Shown: positions 22,645-34,624 of the stretch, one piece after another
Numbering within the stretch: position 1 is the first letter of the stretch
Layout of the letters: the number at the start of each line of letters is the position of its first letter
NCBI RefSeq assembly: GCF_001194135.2
Contig: NC_068992.1
Span: 57,965,385 to 58,011,894, forward strand
Direction: 5' to 3'
Origin: Octopus bimaculoides
Taxonomy: Eukaryota
DNA: 46,510 bases
Program-made: the position numbers and the translations under genes
The notes under the pieces: generated by a model
Database searches by the model: none
The model's input: only the letters and a program-made list of their open reading frames with translations
What the model was told of the DNA's origin: nothing

Positions 22645-22912
22645 AGGCGCAGGAGTGGCTGTGTAGTAATTAGCTTGCTTACCAACCACATGGTTCCTCA
22701 TGCTGGTGGTACATAAAAAGCACCCACTACACTCTCGGAGTGGTTGGCATTGCCAGTGCCGCCTGACTGACTCCTATGTTGGTGGCACGTAAAAAGCACC
22801 ATTTGAACGTGGTCGATGCCAGTGCCCTCTGACTGGCCCTCATGCTGGTGGCACATAAAAAGTACCCACTACACTCTTGGGATGGTTGGTGTTAGGAAGG
22901 ACATCCAGCTTG
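22645..22912 (+). mobile_element. Chimeric element: family A head fused to family C body
   Basis: ggcgcaggagtggctgtg..accaaccacatggttcc switches directly to tcatgctggtggtacataaaaagcaccc. Confidence 0.7.
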
Positions 22913-23069
22913 GATTGAATAATCATTAATGTGTTTCCAAATGGATTGGAGGTTCACATCTTGTGAGAAGGTTTTATTTTGGGGTTGGTTTCTATTGTTG
23001 GGTGCTCTTCTCAACTCCAATTACAGAGTGTACTGGGTGCATTTTTCTCATGACACCATATATTATACA

Positions 23070-23102
<33 letters not shown>

Positions 23103-23107
23103 TTATA

Positions 23108-23280
23108 TCACCCAGCACACTCTGTAAAGTGGTTGGTTTTAGGAAGGGCATCTAGTTGTAGAAACCATGCCAAATCAGACTGGAGTCTGGTGCATCTTCC
23201 TGGCTTGCCAGTTCTGGTCAAACTGTCCAACCCATGCCAGCATGAACAATGGACATTAAATGATGATGATAATGATGATG
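23108..23280 (+). mobile_element. SINE-like family C 3' part
   Basis: Family body and (GAT)n tail. Confidence 0.8.
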
Positions 23281-23426
23281 TTTCAATTCCTGGAGCACAC
23301 ATTTCTCCAGTCCATATACACACAAACACATATAGTTTTTTCTATGCATTCACATACGTATACACATACACACACATGCACACACAGACACACACACATA
23401 TATATATATACACACACACACACACA

Positions 23427-23462
<36 letters not shown>

Positions 23463-23472
23463 NNNNNNNNNN

Positions 23473-23515
<43 letters not shown>

Positions 23516-24107
23516 CACACACACACATATATATGTACATATATGTACATATGTACATATGGACATATATGTACATATGTACATATATATGTACATATGG
23601 ATAAATATGCCACACACACACATGAATATATGTATATGTGTTTGAGTCTATGATGCGTACATGAGTCAACTGTAGTGTATAATTAATATTTATCTCATTG
23701 ATCAATCAATGAAGGAAGGATGTTCAGTGACAATAAAATCAATCATCGCTCAAGTAATTTTTCTTAGAAGTTTTGGTACCTATTGCCGCCTGCTTCTTCA
23801 TTATCTGAGCCAATACAGAATAGAATGTCTTGAAATATCTGGAGCAGATGTTTAACTCATTACTTCGTGAGAAACCAGCTTGTGGAACTGACTACTTTAT
23901 TATTTCATTATTTCTCTATAATTATTTCAATGGTGGCATAAGTCATCTGTATTAACTCATATATAGGTATATATTTAAGTTACTGCTATCGTAATTTAAC
24001 CCTAGGTCAGACCTGATTGAGCAGTGATATGGTGAAAGTTGTTTTAGCTGTGATTATTATCATTGTTAATGTTTTTGCTTTTTGCTTGTTTGGTGTATTT
24101 TTTTGCA

Positions 24108-24270
24108 TAGACATGGCTGTGTGTATAATGAGTTTACTTTGTAACCATGTGGTTTTGGGCTTAGTTGAGCTGTGTGGCACCTTGTGCAAGTGTCTTCTAC
24201 CACAGCACTGAGCCAACCAATGCCTTGGGAGTGAATCTGGTTGATGGAAACTGTGCAGAAGCCCATGGTA
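24108..24270 (+). mobile_element. SINE family A 5' half, diverged
   Basis: catggctgtg..aaccatgtggtt..tgtggcaccttgtgcaagtgtcttctac. Confidence 0.75.
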
Positions 24271-24637
24271 TATATTTGCATGTATATATGTATTTCTTCA
24301 CTTTCTCTCTTTAATTTCAGAATAAATTTTGACCGGCCACTTACTTGGTAGCAAGGTTGTGAAGGAAAGTATCTTCTTTTAACCATCACCCTTTAAATCT
24401 TATGACAGTCTTGCAGATTTTTATAGCCCCACATACTGTAATCATTTGTAGTGTATGAATTAGGGATTTGCATTCTCTCCCCAAGATCCCAAGTTCAGCC
24501 ATACTTTGCCCCAGATGGGTTGATACACATCATGTTGTTGCAATAATAATGGGAATGAAACTGAAAATGTATCTTTGGTACTGGATTAGCAGACTCCTTA
24601 TCAATGGTCCATTGAGGTTTGCATTTTTCTAACTACA

Positions 24638-24910
24638 CTATGTATGTACATATGTATGTACGTATGTATGTATGTATGTATGTATGTATGTATGTATGTA
24701 TGCATGTATGTATGTATGCACATATGTATGTAAGTATGTATATATGTATGTATTATGTATGTATGTATGTATGTATGCACATATGTATGTATATATGCAT
24801 GTATGTATGTATATATGTATATATATATGTATGTATGTATGTATGCATGTATGTATGTATGTGTGTATGTATGTATGTATGTATGTATGTATCTATGTAT
24901 GTGTGTGTGT
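24638..24910. repeat. (TATG)n array, followed by SINE A fragments to ~25145
   Basis: Directly visible. Confidence 0.9.
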
Positions 24911-25914
24911 ATGTGTCTTTGTGCTTGTCTCCCACCACTACTACTTGGCAACTGGTGTTGGTTTGTTTACATCCTTCTAAAAATACAGATCAAGAAAAGA
25001 GATCGATAAAATAAGTACCAGACCTGAAAAAAAAAACAAAAAAAACAAAGCTGAGTCTTCTACTATACCAGAAGAGTGCTGCACAGTAGGACTGAACTCG
25101 AGAGCACATGATTGGGAAGCAAACTTCTTAACCACACAGCCACATCTGTTCTTCTGCTCCAACGACTAAAAACTCCTCCATAGTTATGTCATTTTCTGAA
25201 GTTTATGTTTACTAATTTCAATGGCAGTCTGAAGAAATCAATATGCATTTAAAAAACGTATTGAATGCCACTCAGCTGAACAAATCCAAGCCTGCAGCTG
25301 CTAGCAACGCAGTACAATGCCTACAATGGAAGGAGTATGTTATTGCTGTTCTCATAGTAAACCCTGTTTGAAACGGGCCTTAATCTTTTTAAGTCTATAA
25401 TCACTGGCAACGTATTTTAATAGCTAGTCTTTTCCTAGAGCTATTCTAATTGTGATGCATGTTGTCAATGAATTGGAGAGAATTGATGGTATAAAACTAA
25501 GAGGATATACTGTACAAAAAAACATTAGAGAGAAAGATTTCTGTTCAGTTATTATTATGAAGTAATTTTTTTTTTCTTTTACAGTAAAACAAGAATTCAG
25601 CAACTTTCTATTATGTGTTTGCAAACACAAAAAGTCTAAGTGTAGAGATCGTTTCAATTAAAAAAAAAACAAAAACAATCTACAAGTGTTTCAACAGAAA
25701 TTAAAAACAAAAGTTAATTGTAACTGAACCCATTTCATTAATTAAAAATTTTTTTTTTATGTCTGCCTCGTGTTCCAAGAGATTCTTCGCAATTTAGGCA
25801 TTTAGGCATGCGAAGATCACTGTTGCTGGTGCCATTGTTATTGTCATCACAGTCGTCATTGTTATCATCATCACCGTCATCATTACCACCACCACCACCA
25901 CCACCACTACCACC

Positions 25915-26452
25915 AGTCCGAGAATGGAACTCACTACCTTGTAATTGTGAGCCCGAGCCATGAGCCTTCCATCAATTTTAGATCGAGGAGCAAGTTGACT
26001 ACATCGACCCCACCCCACCCGTACTCAACCCTCAACCGACACTCATCTTAACTACACTGAAAGAATGGCAAGCATAGACGACCTTGGTAGAATTTGAACT
26101 CAGGACATAAACAGTTGAAAGAAATGCTACTAAGCACTGTGACCACTACGCTAACAATTCTCCTAGCTTTCTTCTTTTCACAGGATATAATATTATGTAA
26201 TATTATATAATACGACATATAATATTACTACAATATAATCCTTTCTACTATAAGCCCAAGGCCTGAAATTTTGTGGGGAGGGCCTTGTCAATTACATCAA
26301 CCCCAGAACTCAACTGGTACTTATTTTATCACCCTAGAAAGGATGAAAGGCAAAGTATACCTCCGCAGAATTTGAACTCAGAATATAAAAGACAGACGAA
26401 ATGCAGCTAAACATTTTGACCGACATACTAACAGTTCTGACATCTCACTGCC
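25915..26452 (-). mobile_element. Two SINE family B copies
   Basis: aatttgaactcag at 26091 and 26369; ctggtacttatttt..ggatgaaaggcaaagt. Confidence 0.7.
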
Positions 26453-26744
26453 CCATAATATAATATAATAAAATATAATATAATATAATATAATATAATA
26501 CAATATTATATGATACAGTATTACTTGATGTAAAATATCAACATTTTGGCTCGTAAACCAGCTATCTTCTGACTCTGCTAGCTGAATTTATATTAAAAAC
26601 AATGTAACAATTGTTAAAAACTTATTCCTTAAGAAACTATATATTTCAGTAACTAACACAATACAATTTAATACAATTCTGATGAATGATTAGCCTGTTA
26701 TTATTGTTCAATAAGACCAATTTTATTGAAACTGAGGAATTGTC

Positions 26745-26786
26745 AAAAGAGAGAGAGAGAGAGAGAGAGAGAAAAGAACAGTAAAG

Positions 26787-26847
<61 letters not shown>

Positions 26848-27244
26848 TAAAAGATTTTTCCCATATGTTTTTGTTTTTTGTTTTTTTTCTAAAAATGGAA
26901 AACATCGTTTTTGAGCCATTATATGAAGCAAGAATTCAATTTCCAATGTAACACAGGGAAGGGCAATTAATAAATGGAAGACTGACACTCTGTGTGTGTG
27001 TGCATGTGTGTGTGTGTGTGTGTGTGCATGTGTGTGTGTGTGTGCGCGCGCGTGTGTTCGTGCACGTCTGTGTGTGCATGTGTGTAGGTATAGGTGTTTG
27101 TATGTATGTATTTGTGTGCTTGTGTGTGCATATGTGTATGTGTGTGTGTGTGTGTGTGTATATATATGTATATGTGTGTATCTTTAGATATATATGTGTA
27201 TATATTTGTATATGTGTACATATATGAGGCATATAATGTATATA

Positions 27245-27303
<59 letters not shown>

Positions 27304-27387
27304 ATATATGTATATGTATGTATCTTTAGGTATATGTATGTATCTTTAGGTATATGTATATGTATGTGTAAATATATNNNNNNNNNN

Positions 27388-27433
<46 letters not shown>

Positions 27434-27632
27434 TTACATACACACTTATATATACATATATATATATATTTATATGCATATATACATACATATATATATT
27501 TATATATGTGTGTATGTGTCTTTATGTGTATATGTGTATATGTGTGTATATGTGTACATGTATGTGAATGCATGTATACATGTGTGTGTGTGTGTGTGTG
27601 TGCATGTGCATGTGTGTATGTATATGCATGCA

Positions 27633-27673
<41 letters not shown>

Positions 27674-27687
27674 GTGTNNNNNNNNNN

Positions 27688-27725
<38 letters not shown>

Positions 27726-27735
27726 GTGTGTGTAC
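26745..27735. repeat. Large compound microsatellite field (AG, AAT, TG, TA) with two 10-N gaps
   Basis: Directly visible. Confidence 0.9.
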
Positions 27736-27839
27736 ATACTCTGCCCCAGCGTATTTCTAATTAAATTCGGTTTCTTCTATTGTTGAATGTGATGGAACTG
27801 TTTTTATTGTTAGACTGCTACATTGTAGTCATTAGTAAC

Positions 27840-28235
27840 TGTAGCTGATGATGATGATGATGATGACGTTGATGATGATGATGGTGGAGGTGGTGGAGGT
27901 GGCAGCGGTGGCAATGGTGGCTGTGGTGGTTGTGGTGGTTGTGTAGGTGGTGGTTGCAACGCCGTTGTGGTGGTGGTGGTGGTGGTGGTAATGACAGCAA
28001 TGACGATAATGATGATGATGATGAAAATCATGACAATCCTGGTCATGATCATGATGAAGATGGTGGTGATGCTGGTGATGATGGTGTTGGTGACGGTGGT
28101 AACATGATGTCATGACAATGGTGACGACAACAGTGATGATGATGATGATGACGATGATGATGATGATGAAAAATAAGGAAACGATAATAAATGACAATGA
28201 TACTACCAATAATAATGACTATGGTGATGACAAGA
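27840..28235. repeat. (GAT)n/(GGT)n triplet array
   Basis: Directly visible. Confidence 0.9.
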
Positions 28236-28667
28236 ACAATGACATCATTCACTTTTGTCTTCCATTCGCACTGCCGGCCCTGGTTGCTAGAATGTGCGCA
28301 ATCAGCCTGCAGAACTCTGCATGCATCACTGCAGCATCAGCTGCCCTATCTTGTCTTCTCTTGCCTGGTATCATACTTGTGCAGCATGGACTCGCTCTGC
28401 CATTGCAGAAGTCGGATGGGAGCTATGAGGCTGGTGCCATTGGGCTCCATCAGTATTGCAATAGCATGTCGACTTCTCGGTTGTTTTGGCCAGCACGGTT
28501 CCTCGGAAAGTGCACGTTGCCAAATGTCCGAGACAACCAGTACATTCACTGCCAGAAAATTAGAGTATTTAAAGTGAAACCTGAGTTGACGTAGAATTCC
28601 TAAAAGATTCTGGAGAGATCTTTCTCAGTTGATAAGAAATTAGTTCAGAGTTAGTACCAGGCCACAT

Positions 28668-28979
28668 GTTGTTGTTGTTTGTTCCTTCTTGAGCTATACC
28701 TGGCTCATAAGGTCCAGTTGCCCCGGTTTCATTGGCGTATAGGCTCCCCACCTTGACAGGACATCGGTCCATCACAGGTGAGCTGCTAGATGCAGGAGGA
28801 AAGAGTGAGGGAAAGTCGTAGCGAAAGAGTCAGCAGAAGTTTGCCATTGCCTTCTGTCGGAGTCATGTGGAGCTTAGGTGTTTCACTCATAAACACACAC
28901 ATCGCCTGATCTGAGATTCGAACCCGTGATCCCTCAACCACGAGTCCACTGCTCTAAACACTAGGCCATGTGCCTCCAC
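28668..28979 (-). mobile_element. Full-length tRNA-derived SINE (V-domain-like body, (AAC)n tail) with 12-bp TSD
   Basis: A-box-like TGGCCTAGTG and B-box GGTTCGAATC; body CCTGTGATGGACCGATGTCCTGTCAAGGTGGGG..GAAACCGGG; ACCAGGCCACAT at 28656-28667 and 28980-28991. Confidence 0.9.
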
Positions 28980-29284
28980 ACCAGGCCACATAGAAAGAAT
29001 AAATTTTTAAATTTCATTTCTAGACTTTCATTTCTCTATCATTTCTAGACCTTTATTTTTTTTCTACCACTGGCATATTTGAACTGATAGTAAGAACATT
29101 GCATTTATAAATATCACTGCTTAGCGCTCCCACCCTGTAAATGGTCTTTGGATTGGTACTTTTCCATGGTCTGGTGGTTGGGGAACTTTGATCTCTAGCA
29201 CTAGCTTCTGGAAATGTATGAACTCTAGCAAATATACATTCTAAAAATATATGAGGTACCAAGACTTGGCCAATATTTTAATAA

Positions 29285-29510
29285 ATACTGGTTTCAAATT
29301 TTAGCATAAGGCCAGTAATTTTAGGTGAGGGCTAAGTCAGTTACATCAACCCCAGTGTTCAACTGGTACTTATTTTATCGACCCCTGAAAAGGTGAAAGA
29401 CAAAGTCAACCTCAATGACATTTGAACTCAGAGCATAAAAAATAAGCAAAATGCTACTAACGATTTTGCCTAGTTTGTTAACGGTTCTGCCAGCAAATGC
29501 CTTATTATTT
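29285..29510 (-). mobile_element. SINE family B
   Basis: aaccccagtg..ctggtacttattttatcgacccc..aaaggtgaaagacaaagtcaacctc..tttgaactcag. Confidence 0.8.
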
Positions 29511-29559
29511 AAATAAATATTGGAATAATAATCTGTTTCTTGAGATTTACCTATTTTGT

Positions 29560-29636
29560 AATCAGCATTTCATTAAAATGCTATCTTTGAAAATATAACT
29601 ACATACACACTCATACACAGCCACAGATACGCATAT

Positions 29637-29675
<39 letters not shown>

Positions 29676-30020
29676 GCATGTACATTTGCAGACATACATA
29701 TACAACAGGATTAAAGATTCTGTGTGTGTATATGTGAGTACTTTACTCACGCAAATGCACGTACATACAAACAGATATACACACACACACACAAACATGC
29801 AGATACACACAAAATACAATACAGTACACACACCCACACACATACACAGGATTAAAGATTCTATGTGTGTGTGCATGTGTGTGTGTGTGTGTATATATAT
29901 ATATGAGAGTAATTTACATACACACACACAGAGAATACAATACAGTACATACACCCACACACAATACATACAGTAAATACACACACACACACACACACAT
30001 GCACAGGATTAAAGATCACT
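29560..30020. repeat. Microsatellite-scaffolded tandem duplication with CAGGATTAAAGAT anchors
   Basis: Anchor at 29706, 29847 and 30004. Confidence 0.75.
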
Positions 30021-30279
30021 TATTGATGAAATGTAAAAATCAGTTTTCTGTTGCTCCACAATAAAATGCATTTGTGCATCTATTTCTGTTGCTATGCACA
30101 ATGCACTTCTTAGGTTCATTTGTTATGTTTATCTGCACAATGAATATGCATCCTTGTTCGTAGAGGAAAAGAGAAAAGAAAGAGAGAAAGAGGAGAGTGA
30201 ATTGTAATAGATTATAGATAATGACAGATATTGATAATTGATAGACAGGCTAATGTAATTGATTGGCCATCTGTGATGC

Positions 30280-30357
30280 TATCAACACCACCACCACAGC
30301 CGCCACTGCCACCACCGCCGCCACTGCCACCACCGCCGCCACCGCCGCCACCACCAC

Positions 30358-30388
<31 letters not shown>

Positions 30389-30596
30389 GCAGCACTACCA
30401 CCACCATAATTACTACCTCCACCACTATCATTATCACCACCACCACTACCACAGAAACAACAACAGCACCACCACCACCAACACTACCACCATCACCACC
30501 ACCACAACCACCACCACCACCGCAACAACAACAACAGCAACAACGTCATTATAATTACCACCTCTTCCACCATTGCTAACATCACCACTACCATCA
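30280..30596. repeat. (CCG/CCA)n-(CAA)n compound triplet array
   Basis: Directly visible. Confidence 0.9.
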
Positions 30597-31490
30597 NNNN
30601 NNNNNNNNNNNNNNNNNNNNNNNNNNNNNNNNNNNNNNNNNNNNNNNNNNNNNNNNNNNNNNNNNNNNNNNNNNNNNNNNNNNNNNNNNNNNNNNNNNNN
30701 NNNNNNNNNNNNNNNNNNNNNNNNNNNNNNNNNNNNNNNNNNNNNNNNNNNNNNNNNNNNNNNNNNNNNNNNNNNNNNNNNNNNNNNNNNNNNNNNNNNN
30801 NNNNNNNNNNNNNNNNNNNNNNNNNNNNNNNNNNNNNNNNNNNNNNNNNNNNNNNNNNNNNNNNNNNNNNNNNNNNNNNNNNNNNNNNNNNNNNNNNNNN
30901 NNNNNNNNNNNNNNNNNNNNNNNNNNNNNNNNNNNNNNNNNNNNNNNNNNNNNNNNNNNNNNNNNNNNNNNNNNNNNNNNNNNNNNNNNNNNNNNNNNNN
31001 NNNNNNNNNNNNNNNNNNNNNNNNNNNNNNNNNNNNNNNNNNNNNNNNNNNNNNNNNNNNNNNNNNNNNNNNNNNNNNNNNNNNNNNNNNNNNNNNNNNN
31101 NNNNNNNNNNNNNNNNNNNNNNNNNNNNNNNNNNNNNNNNNNNNNNNNNNNNNNNNNNNNNNNNNNNNNNNNNNNNNNNNNNNNNNNNNNNNNNNNNNNN
31201 NNNNNNNNNNNNNNNNNNNNNNNNNNNNNNNNNNNNNNNNNNNNNNNNNNNNNNNNNNNNNNNNNNNNNNNNNNNNNNNNNNNNNNNNNNNNNNNNNNNN
31301 NNNNNNNNNNNNNNNNNNNNNNNNNNNNNNNNNNNNNNNNNNNNNNNNNNNNNNNNNNNNNNNNNNNNNNNNNNNNNNNNNNNNNNNNNNNNNNNNNNNN
31401 NNNNNNNNNNNNNNNNNNNNNNNNNNNNNNNNNNNNNNNNNNNNNNNNNNNNNNNNNNNNNNNNNNNNNNNNNNNNNNNNNNNNNNNNNN
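30597..31490. other. Assembly gap (N)
   Basis: N run. Confidence 1.
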
Positions 31491-31579
31491 ATGATCGTGT
31501 TGGTGGTGGTGGTGGTGGTGGTGGTGGTGGTGATGATGACGACGATGACAACGACGATGATGATGGTGATGATGCTAAA

Positions 31580-31872
31580 GCAGCCTGTAAAGCTTAGCAC
31601 ATTCTTCTGACTTGCCAGCTCCTGTCAAACCATCTTACCGACGCCAGCATCACAAACAGATATTAAGTGATGATGATAATGATGTTAACAATGATGATGA
31701 TAATGGTGATATATATATATATATGTATATGTATGTATGTATGTATGTGTATATATACAATGAGTTTCTTTCAATTTCTATCTTCCAAATCCACTCACAA
31801 AGGATTTTTCTGGTCATGGGTTATAATCGAAGACACTTGCCCAAGGTACCACATAGTGGGACTGAACCCATT
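31580..31872. mobile_element. Family C tail (+, 31580-31705) and family A 5' half (-, 31760-31872)
   Basis: Family motifs. Confidence 0.65.
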
Positions 31873-32261
31873 GTGAAACATTTTGAGCAATTATATAGGT
31901 TATAACTTCCCAACAGATTTCCTACGACAAAGCCATGATCTTTATAAGTCAACGATAACCCATTCGTGACTGTAGTTTTCAAATAAATTAAACAGCTAAT
32001 GTGTTTCAGAGAATTTAGGAAAATAATCAATAAATAGTAGAGATTCAATAATATAATTAACTTTGTCATTATTAAGTTGGTAACTGGAACATAACAAAAC
32101 AAAGGGCTCTTACATAAAATTATAATAGGAAGTTTAATTAAAGTATGAACGCATTAAAATGAGAAGTTTTGTATGAAAGCATCTGAGAAGTCTCAGGTGA
32201 GATCATATCAGAAAAGGTTAATGCAGGAGTGTTTCAATGCTGACTAGAAATAAATTGTCTT

Positions 32262-32420
32262 CTCTCGTTTGCTTGTTTCAGTTGTTGAACTGTGGCCATG
32301 CTGGGGCACTGCCTTGAAGTGTTTTAGTCAATCAAATCTGCTTCCGGTACTTATTTGTTTTAAACCTTGGTATTTATCTTATCGGTTTCTTATGCCAAAC
32401 TGCTAAGTTCCTGGGGCGTA
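32262..32420 (-). mobile_element. SINE family A 3' part, truncated by the minisatellite
   Basis: cttgtttcagt..tggccatgctggggcactgcc..gccaaactgctaagtt..ggggcgtaa. Confidence 0.8.
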
Positions 32421-32422
32421 AC

Positions 32423-33110
32423 ACGACAGACCCACAAAAGGTAAGTGTTAGATATAGATGGCTTATTTCCCACAACAGACCCACAGGAGGCAAGCGTAAG
32501 ATATAGATGGCTCATTTCCTACAACAGACCCACAAGAGGCAAGCGGTAGATATCTATGAAATCATTTCCCACAACAGACCCACAGGAGACAAGTGTTAGA
32601 TATAGAAGGCTTATTTCCCACAATAGACCCACAGGAGGCAAGCGTAAGATATAGATGGCTCATTTCCCACAACAGACCCACAAGAGGCAAGCGGTAGATA
32701 TCTATGAAATCATTTCCCACAAAAGACTCACAAAATGCAAATATTAGATATAGTTGGCTTATTTCTCACAACAGGCCTGTAAAAACCAAATTATATATTG
32801 ATGGCTTATTTTAGCCACAGCAGACCCACGGGAGACAAGTATTAGATAGAGCTGGCTGGTTTCCCACAGCAGACCCACGAGAGGCAAGTAATAAATATCT
32901 ATGGCTCATTTCCCACAACAGACCTACAAGTGGCAAGAGGCAAGTGTTAAATATATACGGCTTATTTCCCACAACAAACCTACAAGAGACATGTAGCAAA
33001 TATCTTCAACTCAAGTCTTGCAACAAACTCACGAGGGGCAAGAAACAAATATATTTGGCTCAAGCCACCATAACAAACCCAGATGTATCAGGTGGTAAAT
33101 GTAAACATAC
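32423..33110. repeat. 49-bp minisatellite, 12 clear and 2 decayed monomers, with a 148-bp (49+49+50) higher-order repeat
   Basis: Monomer starts 32423, 32472, 32521, 32571, 32620, 32669, 32719, 32768, 32817, 32866, 32915, 32971, then ~33020 and ~33070. Confidence 0.92.
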
Positions 33111-33484
33111 ATGGCTCAAGACTCTCGATAAATACACGTGAGGCAAGGAATAAATGAATACAAGGTACAGTTAGAAAAGAAAACAACCCCTTCCACATTT
33201 TTCAACTACTAAAATACACAGTTTGCACTGGAACAAAAAAATGGCAAAATGTTAGTTACATGAAGGCTCTGTTACCATCTGTGTAACTTCATGAGCTATT
33301 ATGCATCAAAAGAACAAGTGTGGGAGGTTTTTTTGCCACTCCTTGTATATGTGGTTCCAGTCATGTATTAGATCTACAGGAAGCAAATGATAAATATATG
33401 TGACCTTCAAGTCCCATCTGCGATCCTGCTGAACTTTTCCATTTCAAATTGGTGGTTAGAATGTCTAATATTATTATCTAAGCT

Positions 33485-33813
33485 TACACACACATACACA
33501 TGGACACACATACATGCATGCTCACACACATGCACACACATACACACGTATTCACACACACACGTATGCACACACACACGTATGCACACACACACGTATG
33601 CACGCACACACGTATGCACACACACACATGCACACACATACATGCATGCACACACACACACACACACAAACACATACACACACAAACACATACACACACA
33701 TGTATCCATGCATGCATACACTCACACACATACACACAAATACATACACACACACACGCACATACACGCAAGCATGCACACACATATTATTATTATTATT
33801 ATTATTATTATTA
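33485..33813. repeat. (CA)n-type array plus (ATT)n
   Basis: Directly visible. Confidence 0.9.
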
Positions 33814-33814
33814 A

Positions 33815-34025
33815 GGGGGCAAGCTGACAGAATTGTCAGCATGCCAGGCGAAGTCCTTAGTGATATTTTGCCCATTGCTATGTTCTGATTTCAAATTCCA
33901 CCAAGGTCAACTTTGCCTTTCATCCTTTCAGGGTTGATGAAATAAATACCAGTTACGCGCTGGGGTCGATGTAATTGACTAGCCTCCTTCTCCAAAAATT
34001 TTCAACGTCTTGTGCCTAAAGTATA
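33815..34025 (+). mobile_element. SINE family B between two AAT-type microsatellites
   Basis: Family consensus motifs. Confidence 0.85.
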
Positions 34026-34070
<45 letters not shown>

Positions 34071-34080
34071 TATTATTCAA

Positions 34081-34287
34081 NNNNNNNNNNNNNNNNNNNN
34101 NNNNNNNNNNNNNNNNNNNNNNNNNNNNNNNNNNNNNNNNNNNNNNNNNNNNNNNNNNNNNNNNNNNNNNNNNNNNNNNNNNNNNNNNNNNNNNNNNNNN
34201 NNNNNNNNNNNNNNNNNNNNNNNNNNNNNNNNNNNNNNNNNNNNNNNNNNNNNNNNNNNNNNNNNNNNNNNNNNNNNNNNNNNNNNN
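34081..34287. other. Assembly gap (N)
   Basis: N run. Confidence 1.
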
Positions 34288-34581
34288 GGCCTTCGTAGGG
34301 TTTTCGAGCGAGATCTTTGCCAGTGCCCCTGGACTGGCTTTTGTGCGGGTGGCACATAAAAGACACCATTTCGAGCGTGGCCGTTTTTGTGCGGGTGACA
34401 TGTAAAAGCACCCACTACACTCTCTGAGTGGCTGGCGTTAGGAAGGGCATCCAGCTGTAGAAACTCTGCCAAATTAGATTGGAGCCTGGTGTTGCCATCC
34501 GGTTTCACCAGTCCTCAGTCAAATCGTCCAACCCATGCTAGCATGGAAAGCGGATGTTAAACGAAGATGATGATGATGATG

Positions 34582-34585
<4 letters not shown>
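34288..34585 (+). mobile_element. SINE-like family C, near consensus
   Basis: Closely similar to 10669-10972. Confidence 0.88.
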
Positions 34586-34623
<38 letters not shown>

Positions 34624-34624
34624 A

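Noticed and set aside
27660-27730. Duplicated (TG)n-TAAG block around a 10-N gap
   Set aside because: Probably an overlapping-contig assembly artefact, as with the 10-N gaps at 23463 and 27378.
23260-27786. Many HT/CV/YI/MYVC-repeat ORFs
   Set aside because: Dinucleotide and tetranucleotide microsatellite artefacts.
28900-28980. tRNA gene (also the heads of families A and D)
   Set aside because: A/B-box-like motifs run straight into SINE bodies; no acceptor stem or full cloverleaf.
29139-29245. Minus-strand exon candidate open in two frames
   Set aside because: Donor is weak and the frame cannot be chosen. Similar chance candidates at 24344-24436, 23787-23845, 12760-12850 and 42360-42413 were also dropped.
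32423-33110. CRISPR-like array
   Set aside because: Units are tandem homologues along their whole length with no unique spacers; eukaryotic context and no cas genes.
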